58,235 bases of DNA from Actinomycetota bacterium. Its GTDB lineage: Bacteria > Actinomycetota > Actinomycetes > Nanopelagicales > Nanopelagicaceae. Below are positions 1 through 11,072 of this stretch, piece after piece. The DNA lies in NCBI GenBank assembly GCA_026393015.1, contig JAPLBA010000065.1, forward strand, positions 1 to 58,235, in the 5' to 3' direction. Numbering within the stretch: position 1 is the first letter of the stretch; the number at the start of each line of letters is the position of its first letter. The translations under genes were made by a program, and so were the position numbers. The notes under the pieces are model-generated. The model did not search any database, was not told the origin of the DNA, and worked only from the letters and a program-made list of their open reading frames with translations.

Positions 1-3
1 AAC

Positions 4-759
4 ATGACCTGGCCTTCTGCCCCACGACTCCCGCTCGATCGGGAACTCCTGGTCCACTTGCTGGAATCCTGCCTGCCTGGGGAAGCCATTGAGGTGGTGG
101 AAGAGACCGGATCGACCAACGCTGACTTGGTCAATCGCGTGAAATCCGGTCGAGCCGCCCTGTTGGTGGCCGAGGAGCAGAGCGCGGGTCGGGGGCGCCT
201 TGATCGGTCATGGAGTGCTCCCAAGGGCAGTGGATTGCTCTTCTCTCTCTACTGGCCGGCGCCGCTACTGATGGCGCCACTTCTCATGGGAGTGGCCGCG
301 GCTCATGCACTGCGCTCCACCACCACCATTCCAGTCGTGCTGAAGTGGCCGAATGACTTGATGGTGAGCGATCGAAAATTAGGCGGCATTCTGGCGAGTA
401 CCTCCGATGGCGGGGTGGTGATCGGTGTCGGAATAAATGTCTCTCTCACCGATGGCGAGAAGCCAGATGAACGAGCGACCTCGATCGTGATGGAGCGCGA
501 TGAATCACCTGCCAGAGAGTTGCTCATCGCTGAGATCGTGAAACTTTTTGCTGAGCTGACAACGCTTGAAGATTTAGAATTTCTGGAGCGTTACAAGACG
601 CACTCTTCGACAATTGGCTCGCGAGTACGCGCAGAAATGGTCAAGGGTGAGTCGATCGTGGGTACTGCGGTCGGAATTAATGCAACTGGCGCACTCATTA
701 TTAGCAATGATGCGGGAGATCACGTACTTACTGCTGGTGACGTTTTCCATCTCCGGTAA
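4..759 (+). CDS. birA: biotin--[acetyl-CoA-carboxylase] ligase
   Basis: 251-aa ORF with biotin-protein-ligase motifs GSTN, GRGRLDRSW and KWPND. It lies upstream of purK/purE, as in other actinomycetes. Confidence 0.85.
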   Translation: MTWPSAPRLPLDRELLVHLLESCLPGEAIEVVEETGSTNADLVNRVKSGRAALLVAEEQSAGRGRLDRSWSAPKGSGLLFSLYWPAPLLMAPLLMGVAAAHALRSTTTIPVVLKWPNDLMVSDRKLGGILASTSDGGVVIGVGINVSLTDGEKPDERATSIVMERDESPARELLIAEIVKLFAELTTLEDLEFLERYKTHSSTIGSRVRAEMVKGESIVGTAVGINATGALIISNDAGDHVLTAGDVFHLR

Positions 760-1222
760 AAACAAATTTGCCGTAACCCCAATACCGGAAGATAGTGCCA
801 AGCCCCACTCCAATGACATTTCCACTGATGTTGTCTGCGAGACCAGAGTCGAAATGAAAGATGTAACGAGAGACTCCCAACGTGCCAGCAGCAATCGCCA
901 CACCGATTGCATTGAGCGCTAAGAAGATGGTTATTTCTCTACTCACTGAGGAAGTCTTTCGATGGCTCCACGTAAGGAGTCGATTTCCGATAAATGCCAC
1001 TGCTGTGGAAATGACTCCAGCTAGGACTAGGCCAAGAACTGGCTTCGCGGCTAGTGGCGCCCGAGATGTATGTACGAGGAGGTTGAACACAACGAAATTC
1101 ACCACATAGGAAATGCTGCCGACCACGCCAAATTGGAGTAATTCCAGCGCTCGCTTTTTCAACACGAAGTGGAGCCTATCGCCCGTAGGCTGTGGGTATG
1201 ACTTCTCGTCGGAATGCACCAA
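728..1222 (-). CDS. GtrA-family membrane protein
   Basis: 164-aa ORF with four hydrophobic helices and a GtrA-like N-terminus (LLQFGVVGSISYVVNFVVFNLL). The start is uncertain: TTG 1222, GTG 1219 or GTG 1165. It overlaps the birA 3' end and the purK 5' end. Confidence 0.65.
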   Translation of the reverse strand: MVHSDEKSYPQPTGDRLHFVLKKRALELLQFGVVGSISYVVNFVVFNLLVHTSRAPLAAKPVLGLVLAGVISTAVAFIGNRLLTWSHRKTSSVSREITIFLALNAIGVAIAAGTLGVSRYIFHFDSGLADNISGNVIGVGLGTIFRYWGYGKFVFTGDGKRHQQ

Positions 1223-2340
1223 AGATCGTGGGCGTTATCGGTGGGGGGCAGCTCGCTCGGATGATGTCGGCGCCCGCCGGAGCCCTGGGAATCCACCTTC
1301 GACTGTTGGCGGAGTCAGCCCACGAATGCGCGAATCAAGTGATTCCCGATGTCGTCATTGGCGACTTCCGCGATTATGAAACTTTGCGCACATTTGTTGC
1401 TAGTTGCGATGTGGTCACCTTCGATCATGAGCATGTACCGAACGCACTTCTTCGCCGAGTTGCGAGTGAAGGGCTAGAAGAAAAGCTTCAGCCCGGACCG
1501 AATGCGCTTCAGTATGCTCAGGAGAAAGTGAAGATGCGCGAACTCGTAGCCGCCGAGTTCTCTCCGCGGTGGAGACAAGTTGCCCACATCGATGAAGCTC
1601 GCGATTTTGGCTTTCCTTGTATAGCGAAGTCTTTGATCGGCGGGTACGACGGTAAGGGCGTATGGCGGGTTGAGAATGAGCATGAACTTACAGAATTGCT
1701 GAAGCATGGCGGGTTACTTCTTGAAGAATTAGTTCCATTCGATGCAGAAATATCTGTGCTAGTAGCGCGCTCGCCCCATGGACAAGCAGCGGTCTGGGCG
1801 GTCACCGAGACAATTCAAGAGAACGGAATCTGCGTCCAAACGATTACGCCGGCACCACATCTATCTGAAGCGCTCGCAGGCAAGGCTCAAGCGATCGCGC
1901 TTTCGATCGCTGAACAAACTGGCGTGGTGGGTGTGATGGCAGTTGAAATGTTCCTAGTGGGCGAAGATCTTTTGGTGAACGAGCTCGCCATGCGTCCCCA
2001 TAATTCTGGCCATTGGAGTATCGAAGGGGCGATCACTTCGCAATTTGAACAACACCTGCGAGCAGTCTTGGACCTTCCGCTGGGAGCAACTGGAATGCGG
2101 GCTCCGCATGCGGTGATGGGAAATATCTTGGGCGGGGAAATGTCGGATCTGCATCGCGCCTACCTCCACCTCTTTGCGCGGGATCCTGGGCTCAAAGTCC
2201 ACCTCTATGGGAAAGAAGTGCGACTGGGTCGTAAAGTAGGGCACGTCACCGTGTTGGGTGAAGATGCCAATCGCCTGCGCGCGCGTGCGCTTCACGCAAC
2301 AGAATTCTTTGCCGGCAGAGCAGGAGAGCACGATGAGTAA
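1198..2340 (+). CDS. purK: N5-carboxyaminoimidazole ribonucleotide synthase
   Basis: ATP-grasp protein with N-terminal [13 protein letters not shown], directly followed by purE. The ORF opens at GTG 1192; the first ATG is at 1198. Confidence 0.9.
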   Translation: MTSRRNAPKIVGVIGGGQLARMMSAPAGALGIHLRLLAESAHECANQVIPDVVIGDFRDYETLRTFVASCDVVTFDHEHVPNALLRRVASEGLEEKLQPGPNALQYAQEKVKMRELVAAEFSPRWRQVAHIDEARDFGFPCIAKSLIGGYDGKGVWRVENEHELTELLKHGGLLLEELVPFDAEISVLVARSPHGQAAVWAVTETIQENGICVQTITPAPHLSEALAGKAQAIALSIAEQTGVVGVMAVEMFLVGEDLLVNELAMRPHNSGHWSIEGAITSQFEQHLRAVLDLPLGATGMRAPHAVMGNILGGEMSDLHRAYLHLFARDPGLKVHLYGKEVRLGRKVGHVTVLGEDANRLRARALHATEFFAGRAGEHDE

Positions 2341-2845
2341 ACCAAGTGTAGCAATCGTGATGGGCTCCGATTCGGATTGGCCTGTGATGGAAGCGGCAGC
2401 AAACATTCTCAAAGAATTGGGCATCGCTCATGACGTATCGGTGCTCTCTGCACATCGCATGCCAGAAGAAATGATGGCTTTTGGCAAGGGTGCAGTGAAT
2501 GCCGGATATCGAGTCATCATCGCCGGAGCAGGTGGGGCGGCGCATCTTCCTGGGATGCTGGCTTCCGTCACGACTCTTCCCGTTATTGGGGTTCCAGTCC
2601 CGCTGAAAGATTTAGATGGAATGGATTCGCTGCTCAGCATCGTGCAAATGCCGGGAGGGATTCCGGTCGCGACTGTAGGAATTGGTAATGCCAAGAATGC
2701 GGGTTTGTTGGCCGCCAGAATTTTGAGTATCGCTGATCCTGCCCTGGAAGCGACTCTTTCCAAATTTGCAGGCGATCTGCACGATGAGGCAGTTGCAAAA
2801 GGCGCCTCACTTAAAGCCAGGCGTGAAAATAAAACTGGTTTCTAA
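2333..2845 (+). CDS. purE: N5-carboxyaminoimidazole ribonucleotide mutase
   Basis: The track ORF 2258-2845 contains an internal ATG at 2333 ([19 protein letters not shown]...) that overlaps the purK stop. It also carries the typical Pur[12 protein letters not shown] motif. Confidence 0.92.
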   Translation: MSKPSVAIVMGSDSDWPVMEAAANILKELGIAHDVSVLSAHRMPEEMMAFGKGAVNAGYRVIIAGAGGAAHLPGMLASVTTLPVIGVPVPLKDLDGMDSLLSIVQMPGGIPVATVGIGNAKNAGLLAARILSIADPALEATLSKFAGDLHDEAVAKGASLKARRENKTGF

Positions 2846-3234
2846 CGTTTCTTCGCATATTCGATTGCTGGACAGCGGTCCATTGCCGTGAGCAAGCCAG
2901 CCGACTTCGCCTTTTGTACGGCAGACTCATCAATGACCCCCAGTTGCAGCCACACACCCTTGGCTCCAATATGAAGTGATTCTGCTACCAACTCCGCCAC
3001 CAGAGTTGAGTTCACAAATAAATCAACTACATCAACGGCGAATGGAATATCTGCAAGAGTCGCATAGCCCTGTTCGCCATGAACCAACGGTGCGGATGGG
3101 TGGACGGGGACGATTCTGTGTCCCTTCGACTGCAGAAGTGCAGCCACTCCGTAGGCTGCTCGATCGCTGTTATTACTTAAGCCAACAATCGCCCAAGTCT
3201 TCAGTGTGAGCATGCCGTCAATATCCGCTTGCAT
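2842..3234 (-). CDS. CoA-binding domain protein (YccU/YneT-like)
   Basis: 130 aa with [33 protein letters not shown], typical of the CoA_binding_2 family. It is the second gene of a minus-strand pair with ugd. Confidence 0.7.
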   Translation of the reverse strand: MQADIDGMLTLKTWAIVGLSNNSDRAAYGVAALLQSKGHRIVPVHPSAPLVHGEQGYATLADIPFAVDVVDLFVNSTLVAELVAESLHIGAKGVWLQLGVIDESAVQKAKSAGLLTAMDRCPAIEYAKKR

Positions 3235-3236
3235 GC

Positions 3237-4547
3237 TTACTTCTTAGGCGTAAGCGTGGGTCTGCCGGGCGCGCGGTAGATAAATCCGGCATCACGCCAA
3301 GCGTTACCGTCGAGCGCGTTTCGTCCATCGATAATAACTTTGTTTGCGACCACCTTTGCAAAATCTGCAGGAGTAAGCGCTCGATACTCTTTCCACTCGG
3401 TGAGGTGCAGGATTAAGTGTGCATCTTGAGCACCAGCGAGCAGATCGTCGGTAAATTCCAAATCTGGGAATCGTTTCGCCGCCGGCGCCATGGCCTTAGG
3501 GTCGTTAACCACCACTCGAGCCCCGCGCTGCGAAATGCCGTAGGCGATATCTAAGGCAGGGGAGTCGCGCACATCGTCGCTATCAGGCTTGAAAGCTGCA
3601 CCGAGCACTAATACTTTCTTGTTCTTCAGGTCACCGTATTCTGCAGCCACGTCAATGATGCGGGATCGGGCGCGTAAATTGATGGAGTCAATGTCACGAA
3701 GGAACTCAAGCGCTTGATCGGCGCCCAGTTCTTCTGCCCGAGCCATGAACGCGCGAATATCTTTCGGGAGACAACCTCCGCCGAAACCAATTCCTGCCTG
3801 CAAAAAGCGATTCCCAATCCGTGGGTCATAACCGATCGCCTTGGCAAGTACCGTGACGTCGCCGCCTGCAGCATCGCAAATCTCGGCCATCGCATTGATG
3901 AAGGAGATTTTGGTTGCCAAGAATGAATTTGCGGCAACTTTCACAAGCTCTGCGGTGCGCAAGTCTGCACTGATCCACGGCACTTCATTTTTGAGAAGTG
4001 CAGCGTAAACATCGCGAAGTTGTTCCTCCGCGCGGGCAGATTGCACACCTACCACCAGGCGGTTTGGACGTAGCGTGTCTTCCACGGCAAAACCTTCACG
4101 CAAGAATTCTGGATTCCACGCCAATTCAACGTGAGGATTTATCTCTGCAAGGCGAGCAGAAAGTCCATCAGCAGTTCCCACAGGTACCGTGGATTTTCCG
4201 ACGATGAGCGAACCAGGTTTTGCGTGCTCCGCACTGCCTTCGAGGGCGGCGTTTACGTAAGTCAGGTCGGCCGCATTTCCATCTTTTCGCTGGGGGGTGC
4301 CGACGCAAATGAAATGGACGTCAGCTTGCGCGAGATCGGCAAAGTTGGTCGAAAAGCGCAGCTTCCCAGAGGCCACATGCTTGCGAAGCAAATCATCAAG
4401 CCCGGGCTCATAGAAGGGGAGCTCCCCCTGGGAGAGCAGGGTGATCTTCGTCGCATCTGTGTCTATGCCGATGACGTCAAAGCCCAATTCCGCCATACAT
4501 GCCCCGTGTGTAGCACCCAAGTAGCCCGTTCCAATAACTGAAAGCAT
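3237..4547 (-). CDS. ugd: UDP-glucose 6-dehydrogenase
   Basis: 436 aa with an N-terminal Rossmann motif (VIGTGYLGATHG) and the catalytic GFGGGCLPKD motif. Confidence 0.85.
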   Translation of the reverse strand: MLSVIGTGYLGATHGACMAELGFDVIGIDTDATKITLLSQGELPFYEPGLDDLLRKHVASGKLRFSTNFADLAQADVHFICVGTPQRKDGNAADLTYVNAALEGSAEHAKPGSLIVGKSTVPVGTADGLSARLAEINPHVELAWNPEFLREGFAVEDTLRPNRLVVGVQSARAEEQLRDVYAALLKNEVPWISADLRTAELVKVAANSFLATKISFINAMAEICDAAGGDVTVLAKAIGYDPRIGNRFLQAGIGFGGGCLPKDIRAFMARAEELGADQALEFLRDIDSINLRARSRIIDVAAEYGDLKNKKVLVLGAAFKPDSDDVRDSPALDIAYGISQRGARVVVNDPKAMAPAAKRFPDLEFTDDLLAGAQDAHLILHLTEWKEYRALTPADFAKVVANKVIIDGRNALDGNAWRDAGFIYRAPGRPTLTPKK

Positions 4548-4627
4548 GGGTTAAACCTACCGGCTCACCAGCCCCTTCAACGCGATTTGGGCTTTCGCCT
4601 GCTCGGGTTGGCGTTTAGCCTTACGTC

Positions 4628-5776
4628 ATGACCTTTGATCTCTATAGCCTCCCAGAAGAACTCAATGAACTCCGTTCACTTGCTCGCGCCGTTGCCGACA
4701 AGCACATTGCGCCCAACGCAGCAGAAGCCGATGAGAAGAGTGAGTTTCCGCAAGCTGCCTATGACGCGTTGGTTAAGGCCGATCTGCACGCACTGCATGT
4801 ACCTGAGGAATTTGGCGGAGCTGGCGCAGATGCTTTGGCTATCTGCATTGTTATCGAAGAGGTCGCCCGTGCTTGTGCATCTTCATCGCTTATTCCTGCA
4901 GTAAACAAACTCGGCTCTATGGCGATTTTGCTCAAGGGCACGCAGGAGCAGAAGCAGCGATGGCTTCCTCGCTTGGCTTCAGGCGAAGTGATGTGGTCGT
5001 ATGCGCTCTCTGAATCTGAAGCGGGAAGTGATACCGCTTCAATGAAGACCCGGGCCGTACGAGACGGTGATTCTTGGGTCCTCAATGGAGCTAAACGTTG
5101 GATTACCAATGCAGGTGTCAGCGAGCTCTATACCGTTTTTGCAAATTGCGATCCAGCTCAAGGCGGTAAAGGAGTGACGGCATTCCTGGTCGAGAAATCT
5201 GATCCAGGCGTTTCATTCGGTGCCCCAGAACGCAAGCTTGGCATTAAGGGCTCTCCTACTCGTGAGGTCTATTTGGATAATGTTCGAGTGGGCGATGATC
5301 GCATGATCGGCGAGATGGGCGAAGGCCTCAAGATCGCACTTGGCACACTTGATCACACACGTATCACTATTGCAGCGCAAGCGGTCGGAATTGCTCAGGG
5401 AGCAATTGATGCCGCTAAGGAGTACATCAAGGAACGAAGGCAATTCGGCAAAGCCATCGCTGAGTTCCAAGGAATTCAATTCATGATTGCCGATATGGCG
5501 ATGCAAGTGGAGGCTGCGCGCCAACTCACTTACCGCGCTGCTGCAGCGAGTGAGCGCAACGACCCGGATCTCACGTTCCTAGGTGCCGCATCAAAGTGCT
5601 TCGCTTCTGACGTCGCCATGCAGGTCACCACTGATGCAGTGCAACTTCTCGGAGGTTATGGCTACACGCGCGATTATCCATTGGAGCGCATGATGCGCGA
5701 TGCCAAGATCACCCAGATCTACGAAGGAACTAACCAAATTCAGCGAATGGTCATGGCACGTAAGGTACTTAGCTAA
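4628..5776 (+). CDS. acyl-CoA dehydrogenase
   Basis: 382 aa with ACAD signatures (ALSESEAGSD, QxxGGYGYTRDYPLERMMRDAKITQIYEGTNQIQR). Confidence 0.9.
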   Translation: MTFDLYSLPEELNELRSLARAVADKHIAPNAAEADEKSEFPQAAYDALVKADLHALHVPEEFGGAGADALAICIVIEEVARACASSSLIPAVNKLGSMAILLKGTQEQKQRWLPRLASGEVMWSYALSESEAGSDTASMKTRAVRDGDSWVLNGAKRWITNAGVSELYTVFANCDPAQGGKGVTAFLVEKSDPGVSFGAPERKLGIKGSPTREVYLDNVRVGDDRMIGEMGEGLKIALGTLDHTRITIAAQAVGIAQGAIDAAKEYIKERRQFGKAIAEFQGIQFMIADMAMQVEAARQLTYRAAAASERNDPDLTFLGAASKCFASDVAMQVTTDAVQLLGGYGYTRDYPLERMMRDAKITQIYEGTNQIQRMVMARKVLS

Positions 5777-5778
5777 AA

Positions 5779-7221
5779 CTATTTGCAGGACGTGTCGGTG
5801 CCCGTTCGCACATCAAACGGTGATGTTTCAGTCGGTGTTGGTATGGGCGCACTCTTTGGAGCGGTGAACTTAGCAATTGATTTGTACTCTGGCCCCAATG
5901 TCACAATGAACTTCTTGCCTAAATTCTTCTTTTCTACTGTGAGCGCGTTGGGGAGAGCGGCTTTGAGGGTTTGCAACGAATCCGCGTAAGTTGGATCGTA
6001 CGTAATGGTAGTCAACTTCACAGTTGTGAGTGCAGTAGATGGTGGCGCACCGTTGACAAAACCGGCCGCGGTGAGATCTTGTGATGCTTTTGCTGCAAGC
6101 CCATTAATCGAAGTTCCGTTCTGTACTTCAACGACAATGTTGGCAGGCGGCATAGTAAGTGCACCGCCCGTTGTTACAACTTTAGGGGCTGGGGCAACAG
6201 GGATGTCGTCCTTGATGCGTTGCCAAAGTTTTGGAGCAAGTTCCGGATCCCAAAGTACAGCGCCATAAACTCCGTCATTTGAGTAATTTTCGTTAGAAAA
6301 TGGAACTGTCAACATGTTGAGGTTAGAAGATGAGAGCGATTTCATTTGGGTGGCTAAAGTGACCAAATCATCTTTTTGCAAATCGGGATCAGTGGTGACC
6401 GTTGCAAGGCCGGCGTTAATTACGGTGAGTAATTTTACTGGGTTAAGTAGGGTTTCAGTGCTGGTAGTCGCCGAAATCATGGATGCGATGAACTTCTGCT
6501 GACGTTTCATGCGTCCGAGGTCTCCCATACCATCGAAATATCGGGCGCGAACGTATTTCAGGGCGGTAATTCCATCTAGATGATGTTTCCCTGCAGTGAG
6601 ATCAATATGGCTCTTTTTATCGTGGATGGCGGTGGTGGTACAGACGTCAACTCCACCCACCGCATCTACTAAATTTGCGAACCCAGCAAAGTTCACTTCG
6701 ACGTAGTGATCAATGCGTATCTGTGTCATGTTTTCAATAGTCGCGATGAGTAGTGGCGCACCACCTTGTCCAAAGGTTGCATTGATTTTTGAGTGGTGAG
6801 CACTGTGAACCACGCCCTTGCCATCGGTCCATTCGGGGACGTCAGCATAGGTATCTCGTGGAATCGAAATGATGGTGGCGTGATCACGGTTCTTGCTGAT
6901 GTGGATCAGAATCGCGGTATCAGAGCGCTTTCCCGCCGAGGTTGCCACGCTGCCCACTCGTAGGTCATGAAGTTGTTGTTTGGTCAACCCCTCGCGGGTA
7001 TCTGAGCCGACCAACAAGTAATTTACAGAAGAACCAGCTGAGCGATCGGGGCGAACTTTGATTCCCTTGAAAACTTCCTCCCGAGTAATAGAAGAAGTGA
7101 CGTGGTCGAAGGTAACCCACGAGACCAAGGAGAGCACCAAGACACCGATGGAAAGCGTGGCGGTGGCCGCCGAAAATCGCGAACGTCGGCGACGCTCTGG
7201 CATTTTCGGAGGGTTGACCAC
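5779..7221 (-). CDS. LCP (LytR-CpsA-Psr) family cell-wall glycopolymer ligase with a C-terminal LytR_C domain
   Basis: 480 aa with an N-terminal membrane anchor and an LCP core (YLLVGSDTR...RSDTAILIHI...SIPRDTY). The C-terminal segment (VEVQNGTSINGLAAKAS) is LytR_C-like. The start is GTG 7221 or ATG 7203. Confidence 0.85.
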   Translation of the reverse strand: MVNPPKMPERRRRSRFSAATATLSIGVLVLSLVSWVTFDHVTSSITREEVFKGIKVRPDRSAGSSVNYLLVGSDTREGLTKQQLHDLRVGSVATSAGKRSDTAILIHISKNRDHATIISIPRDTYADVPEWTDGKGVVHSAHHSKINATFGQGGAPLLIATIENMTQIRIDHYVEVNFAGFANLVDAVGGVDVCTTTAIHDKKSHIDLTAGKHHLDGITALKYVRARYFDGMGDLGRMKRQQKFIASMISATTSTETLLNPVKLLTVINAGLATVTTDPDLQKDDLVTLATQMKSLSSSNLNMLTVPFSNENYSNDGVYGAVLWDPELAPKLWQRIKDDIPVAPAPKVVTTGGALTMPPANIVVEVQNGTSINGLAAKASQDLTAAGFVNGAPPSTALTTVKLTTITYDPTYADSLQTLKAALPNALTVEKKNLGKKFIVTLGPEYKSIAKFTAPKSAPIPTPTETSPFDVRTGTDTSCK

Positions 7222-7258
7222 CCACTAAGCCTATAAGGGCGCTAACCTCAAAGACGCT

Positions 7259-8326
7259 ATGAACGAAAATATATATCTTCCTCAGCGTGCCGCAGGAGCC
7301 CCCGCAGGAGTCCCCATAGGAGTTTCTGTGGTGATGCCAGTGCGTAATGAAGAGCGCCATTTAGTGGCCGCGGTTGAGGCCGCACTTGCCCAGCTGGAAT
7401 CGCTCCCTGAGCTGAGTGCGCTCGAAGTTATTCTTTCTGTTGGCCCGTCAGAAGATCGCACTTTAGAAATCGCTGAGAAGTTTGCAGCCAAGGACCCACG
7501 GGTGAAAGTGGTTGTCAATCCGAGTGGCAAGACGCCGAGTGCATTAAACGCCGGAATTCGGGCTGCCTCTCACGCAGTTATTGTGCGCGTTGATGGTCAC
7601 GCCGAACTTCCGCCTGGATATATCGCACGCGCCATCGCAGTGATGGAGCGCACCGGGGCGGTAAATGTCGGTGGCGTGATGGCGGCTGAGGGTGTCACTT
7701 CGTTTGAGAAAAGTGTGGCTGCAGCTATGACAAGTCCTTTAGGTGTTGGGGCATCACGTTTTCACACGGGTGGTGAAGAAGGTTCCGTTGATACGGTTTA
7801 CCTTGGAGTATTTGATAAAGCGAAGCTCATCGAATCTGGTGGATATGACGAAAGATTTATTCGCGCGCAAGATTGGGAACTCAACCTTCGCCTTCGCGAA
7901 CGTGGAGGTGTTATTTGGTTTACGCCAGATCTTAAAGTTGCATACCGCCCACGTTCCACGCTACGCGCATTGGCCACTCAGTATTTTGAGTATGGGCGTT
8001 GGCGTCGCGTAGTGATTCGCAAAAATCACACTACTCTCAATCTGCGCTACCTCGCCCCGCCTATCGCATTGATGGGATCCCTCCTTGGTTTGCTTTCGGG
8101 ATTCTTCTACCCGTGGGCATTTGTGCTTCCTCTGGGATACCTGTCATTTCTGCTGTTGGCATCGTTTTTGATCGCCAGCAAGACAAAGGGGTTCTCGTCG
8201 CAACTCTGCCTTCCGATAGTCGTGGGAACTATGCAAATGGCCTGGGGTCTGGGATTTCTGACCTCGCCCCCCTCGTTAGTGCCACATGGCGCTCCGCCTT
8301 CGTGGGAGGATCATTCGCGTGAGTAG
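7259..8326 (+). CDS. family 2 glycosyltransferase with C-terminal membrane helices
   Basis: The N-terminus has the GT2 signature VSVVMPVRNEERHL and the C-terminus is hydrophobic. Confidence 0.8.
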   Translation: MNENIYLPQRAAGAPAGVPIGVSVVMPVRNEERHLVAAVEAALAQLESLPELSALEVILSVGPSEDRTLEIAEKFAAKDPRVKVVVNPSGKTPSALNAGIRAASHAVIVRVDGHAELPPGYIARAIAVMERTGAVNVGGVMAAEGVTSFEKSVAAAMTSPLGVGASRFHTGGEEGSVDTVYLGVFDKAKLIESGGYDERFIRAQDWELNLRLRERGGVIWFTPDLKVAYRPRSTLRALATQYFEYGRWRRVVIRKNHTTLNLRYLAPPIALMGSLLGLLSGFFYPWAFVLPLGYLSFLLLASFLIASKTKGFSSQLCLPIVVGTMQMAWGLGFLTSPPSLVPHGAPPSWEDHSRE

Positions 8327-9215
8327 TGATCCATCCCGCGCGGAGGCCTTGGTTTCAAAGATTCAGGTCTTTGAACCGCACAAGGCTTCGTTGCCCCCCA
8401 TGGGTCCATATCTGCGTGAATTCTGGCGACGACGAAGATTCGCCGTGGAGTTGGCTCGGTTCACGGATAAAGCAGAGCACCTTGACTCTCCCCTCGGCTC
8501 GGTCTGGCTCGTACTTAATCCACTCTTGTTGGCAATGATCTACTTTTTGCTGGTCACAATCATCGGAGGACGTGGAAGCGCCGGGTCGAGTCGCTTCGAT
8601 GTGCTGGCCCATATTCTGGTAGGCCTCTTCACGTGGTACTTCGCGCAGAACTGCATGACTTTCGGCGGTGCATCAGTCACTGCCGGCGGCAAACTCATTC
8701 TCAACCAAGCATTTCCGCGGGCGCTACTTCCACTTTCTTCCCTTATCGGGGCTTTCCAAAAATTCATCCCCACGCTCCCTGTGTACTTGATTATTTATTT
8801 GATAGGCGGAGCCCTCGACTCGAAGAGTAAACTGCCAGGATTGAACTGGCATCTACTTTGGATTCCCGTGATGGTGGCGTTAGTTGCGATCAGTGGTTTT
8901 GGTTTAGCGTTGCTCTTTGCAACCATGAATGTGTATTTCCGTGACACGTCCAAGTTGATGACTTATGGAGCTCGCATGTGGCTCTATTTAAGTCCTGTGC
9001 TGTGGATGCCAGACATGATTCACGGATGGCATCGGATTCTCATTTGGGCTAATCCACTCGGACCCATTCTGTCCATCACGAATACCGTCTGGATTAAGGG
9101 CGAAAATCCTTCTTGGACGCTTTGGCTTGGGGCTACCGGTTGGGCATTTGGACTTTTACTCATTGGCGGATATTTCTTCGTCTCGAGGGAGCGTGACTTT
9201 GCAGTACGCATCTAA
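8286..9215 (+). CDS. ABC-2 type polysaccharide/teichoic-acid export permease (TagG/RfbD-like)
   Basis: 309 aa and multi-pass, with the ABC-2 pattern (LGSVWLVLNPLL...). An alternative GTG start at 8319 overlaps the GT2 stop by 8 nt. Confidence 0.8.
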   Translation: MALRLRGRIIRVSSDPSRAEALVSKIQVFEPHKASLPPMGPYLREFWRRRRFAVELARFTDKAEHLDSPLGSVWLVLNPLLLAMIYFLLVTIIGGRGSAGSSRFDVLAHILVGLFTWYFAQNCMTFGGASVTAGGKLILNQAFPRALLPLSSLIGAFQKFIPTLPVYLIIYLIGGALDSKSKLPGLNWHLLWIPVMVALVAISGFGLALLFATMNVYFRDTSKLMTYGARMWLYLSPVLWMPDMIHGWHRILIWANPLGPILSITNTVWIKGENPSWTLWLGATGWAFGLLLIGGYFFVSRERDFAVRI

Positions 9216-9222
9216 ACCCGAG

Positions 9223-10002
9223 ATGCCCGAGGGTCTCGCTGTTCGCATCGAAGAACTTTCGTTGCGCTACAAAATCAATGTGGAATCGAAGATGACGTTG
9301 AAGAATGCCATCATGCGTGCGGGGCGTGGCGAGAAACGGCGAGTTCGTACTATCGAGGCCGTGAAGAATCTTTCATTAGATATTCCGCATGGCACTGTGA
9401 TGGGTGTTGTCGGCGCAAACGGCGCAGGAAAGTCAACCTTGATGCGAGCGATCGCTGGAATTTTGCCTCCTACCGAAGGCCGGATCATCGTAAACGGTAA
9501 AGTGAGCACTTTGCTTGCACTCGGTGTGGGCTTTAACGGAACCCTCTCTGGACGCGACAACATTATTTTGGGTGGTTTAGCCGCTGGTCTTGAGCGTGAA
9601 GAACTTGAAGCACGATTTGACGACATCGCAAGTTTCGCTGATCTTCCAAACGGTTTCATTGATATGCCTATGCGTACTTACTCTGCGGGTATGTATGGCC
9701 GATTAGCGTTTTCGGTTGCAGTCAATATGACGCCTGATATTTTGCTGATCGATGAGGCGCTGTCGACGGGTGATGCTGCATTTAAAGAGAAATCATTTGA
9801 GAAGATGCGCCAACTTTGTCTAGAGGCGCGAACCATTATCATTGTTTCTCACGCTCTCGGTACCCTTAATGAGTTGTGCAATAAGGCTCTTTGGATGCAC
9901 CAGGGGAACGCGTTGGCATTTGGCAACGCCACCAAGGTCACCGATCAATACCTGGAATTCCTCAACGTTGGGAAAGTGCCTTCAGCGTTAGAAGACTTCT
10001 AA
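9223..10002 (+). CDS. ABC polysaccharide/teichoic-acid export ATP-binding protein (TagH/RfbE-like)
   Basis: Walker A GANGAGKST, signature-like YSAGMYGRLAF and Walker B ILLIDEA. The track ORF opens at 9127; plausible starts are GTG 9193 or ATG 9223. Confidence 0.85.
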   Translation: MPEGLAVRIEELSLRYKINVESKMTLKNAIMRAGRGEKRRVRTIEAVKNLSLDIPHGTVMGVVGANGAGKSTLMRAIAGILPPTEGRIIVNGKVSTLLALGVGFNGTLSGRDNIILGGLAAGLEREELEARFDDIASFADLPNGFIDMPMRTYSAGMYGRLAFSVAVNMTPDILLIDEALSTGDAAFKEKSFEKMRQLCLEARTIIIVSHALGTLNELCNKALWMHQGNALAFGNATKVTDQYLEFLNVGKVPSALEDF

Positions 10003-11072
10003 TGAAGATCGATGTATCAATAATTTCTTCCGGTCACCATGTGGCTGATGCACGACTACATCGTCTCGCCGCTGCGCTCCACCGTTGCGGGATGTCTGTC
10101 GAAGTAATTGCCAGAGGTGAAACTTTTGAAGCACCCCCAGATGCTCGGTTCCGTGCGGCCTTTGGAAATACTGGAATGCTCTCGCGGATTATACGAGCGC
10201 TCACTCTTCCGTTTCTCACCCACGGAGCAGTGATCATTGCTATTGATCCCGATCTTTCGCTTTCATTACTGATTGCAGGAAACGTACGTCATAAGAAGGT
10301 GGTGTGTGATGTACATGAGGACTACGTCTCGCTGCTGCGAGATAGAGGTTGGGCCAAGGGACTAGTTGGATTAGTAGCCCGCAAGATTGCGCGTGATGCC
10401 ACCAAGATTGCTGCAGAAGCTGATCTCACGATAGTTGCGGACGAACACGTCCCGCCCCTTGATGCCAAGAATCGAATCGTGGTGCGAAACCTTCCAGATT
10501 TCACGATCATTCAACCCACAGTCTCCTTTGATGAAACTCCGCGAGCGGTGTACATCGGTGATGTGCGTAAATCTCGTGGTCTACATGCGATGCTCGCCGC
10601 GCTAGAAAGTGCGCCGCATTGGCGCCTCGACGTAGTCGGGCCGATCGCAGCTGCCGATCAGCTTTTTGTCGATGGATGGCTGGCCACTAGCCCAGCAAAG
10701 GAGCGTGTGCATTTCTTTGGACGTTGTGCGCCGATCGAGAGTTGGCGTATTGCCCGTGGCGCGTGGGTCGGATTATCGATTCTTGACGCCACTCCCGCTT
10801 TCCTCGAAGCCGTTCCGAGCAAGATTTATGAATATGCCGCTGCTGGACTCGCCATTATTTCTTCTCCCCTGCCTCGCGTGAGTGCGCTCCTTGAAGGCAA
10901 GGCCGCTTTCGCTACGACTGCCGGTGAGATTGCCGCTGCCTTGGAAGGGTGGAGTGCCCGCCCGCAGGAGTGGCAGAGCACGCGGGAAGCAAGCTCAAAA
11001 ATCGTGGAAAGTGGCGATCCTTACTCGCCCTTTGCGGAGCGTATCCGCGCCCTTCTCAGCCCCCGCAGGTAG
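10002..11072 (+). CDS. GT-B fold glycosyltransferase (GT4/GT1-like)
   Basis: ATG 10002 overlaps the ABC ATPase stop (TAATG). The C-terminal motif EAVPSKIYEYAAAGLAIISS is typical of the GT4/GT1 E-x7-E region. Confidence 0.7.
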   Translation: MKIDVSIISSGHHVADARLHRLAAALHRCGMSVEVIARGETFEAPPDARFRAAFGNTGMLSRIIRALTLPFLTHGAVIIAIDPDLSLSLLIAGNVRHKKVVCDVHEDYVSLLRDRGWAKGLVGLVARKIARDATKIAAEADLTIVADEHVPPLDAKNRIVVRNLPDFTIIQPTVSFDETPRAVYIGDVRKSRGLHAMLAALESAPHWRLDVVGPIAAADQLFVDGWLATSPAKERVHFFGRCAPIESWRIARGAWVGLSILDATPAFLEAVPSKIYEYAAAGLAIISSPLPRVSALLEGKAAFATTAGEIAAALEGWSARPQEWQSTREASSKIVESGDPYSPFAERIRALLSPRR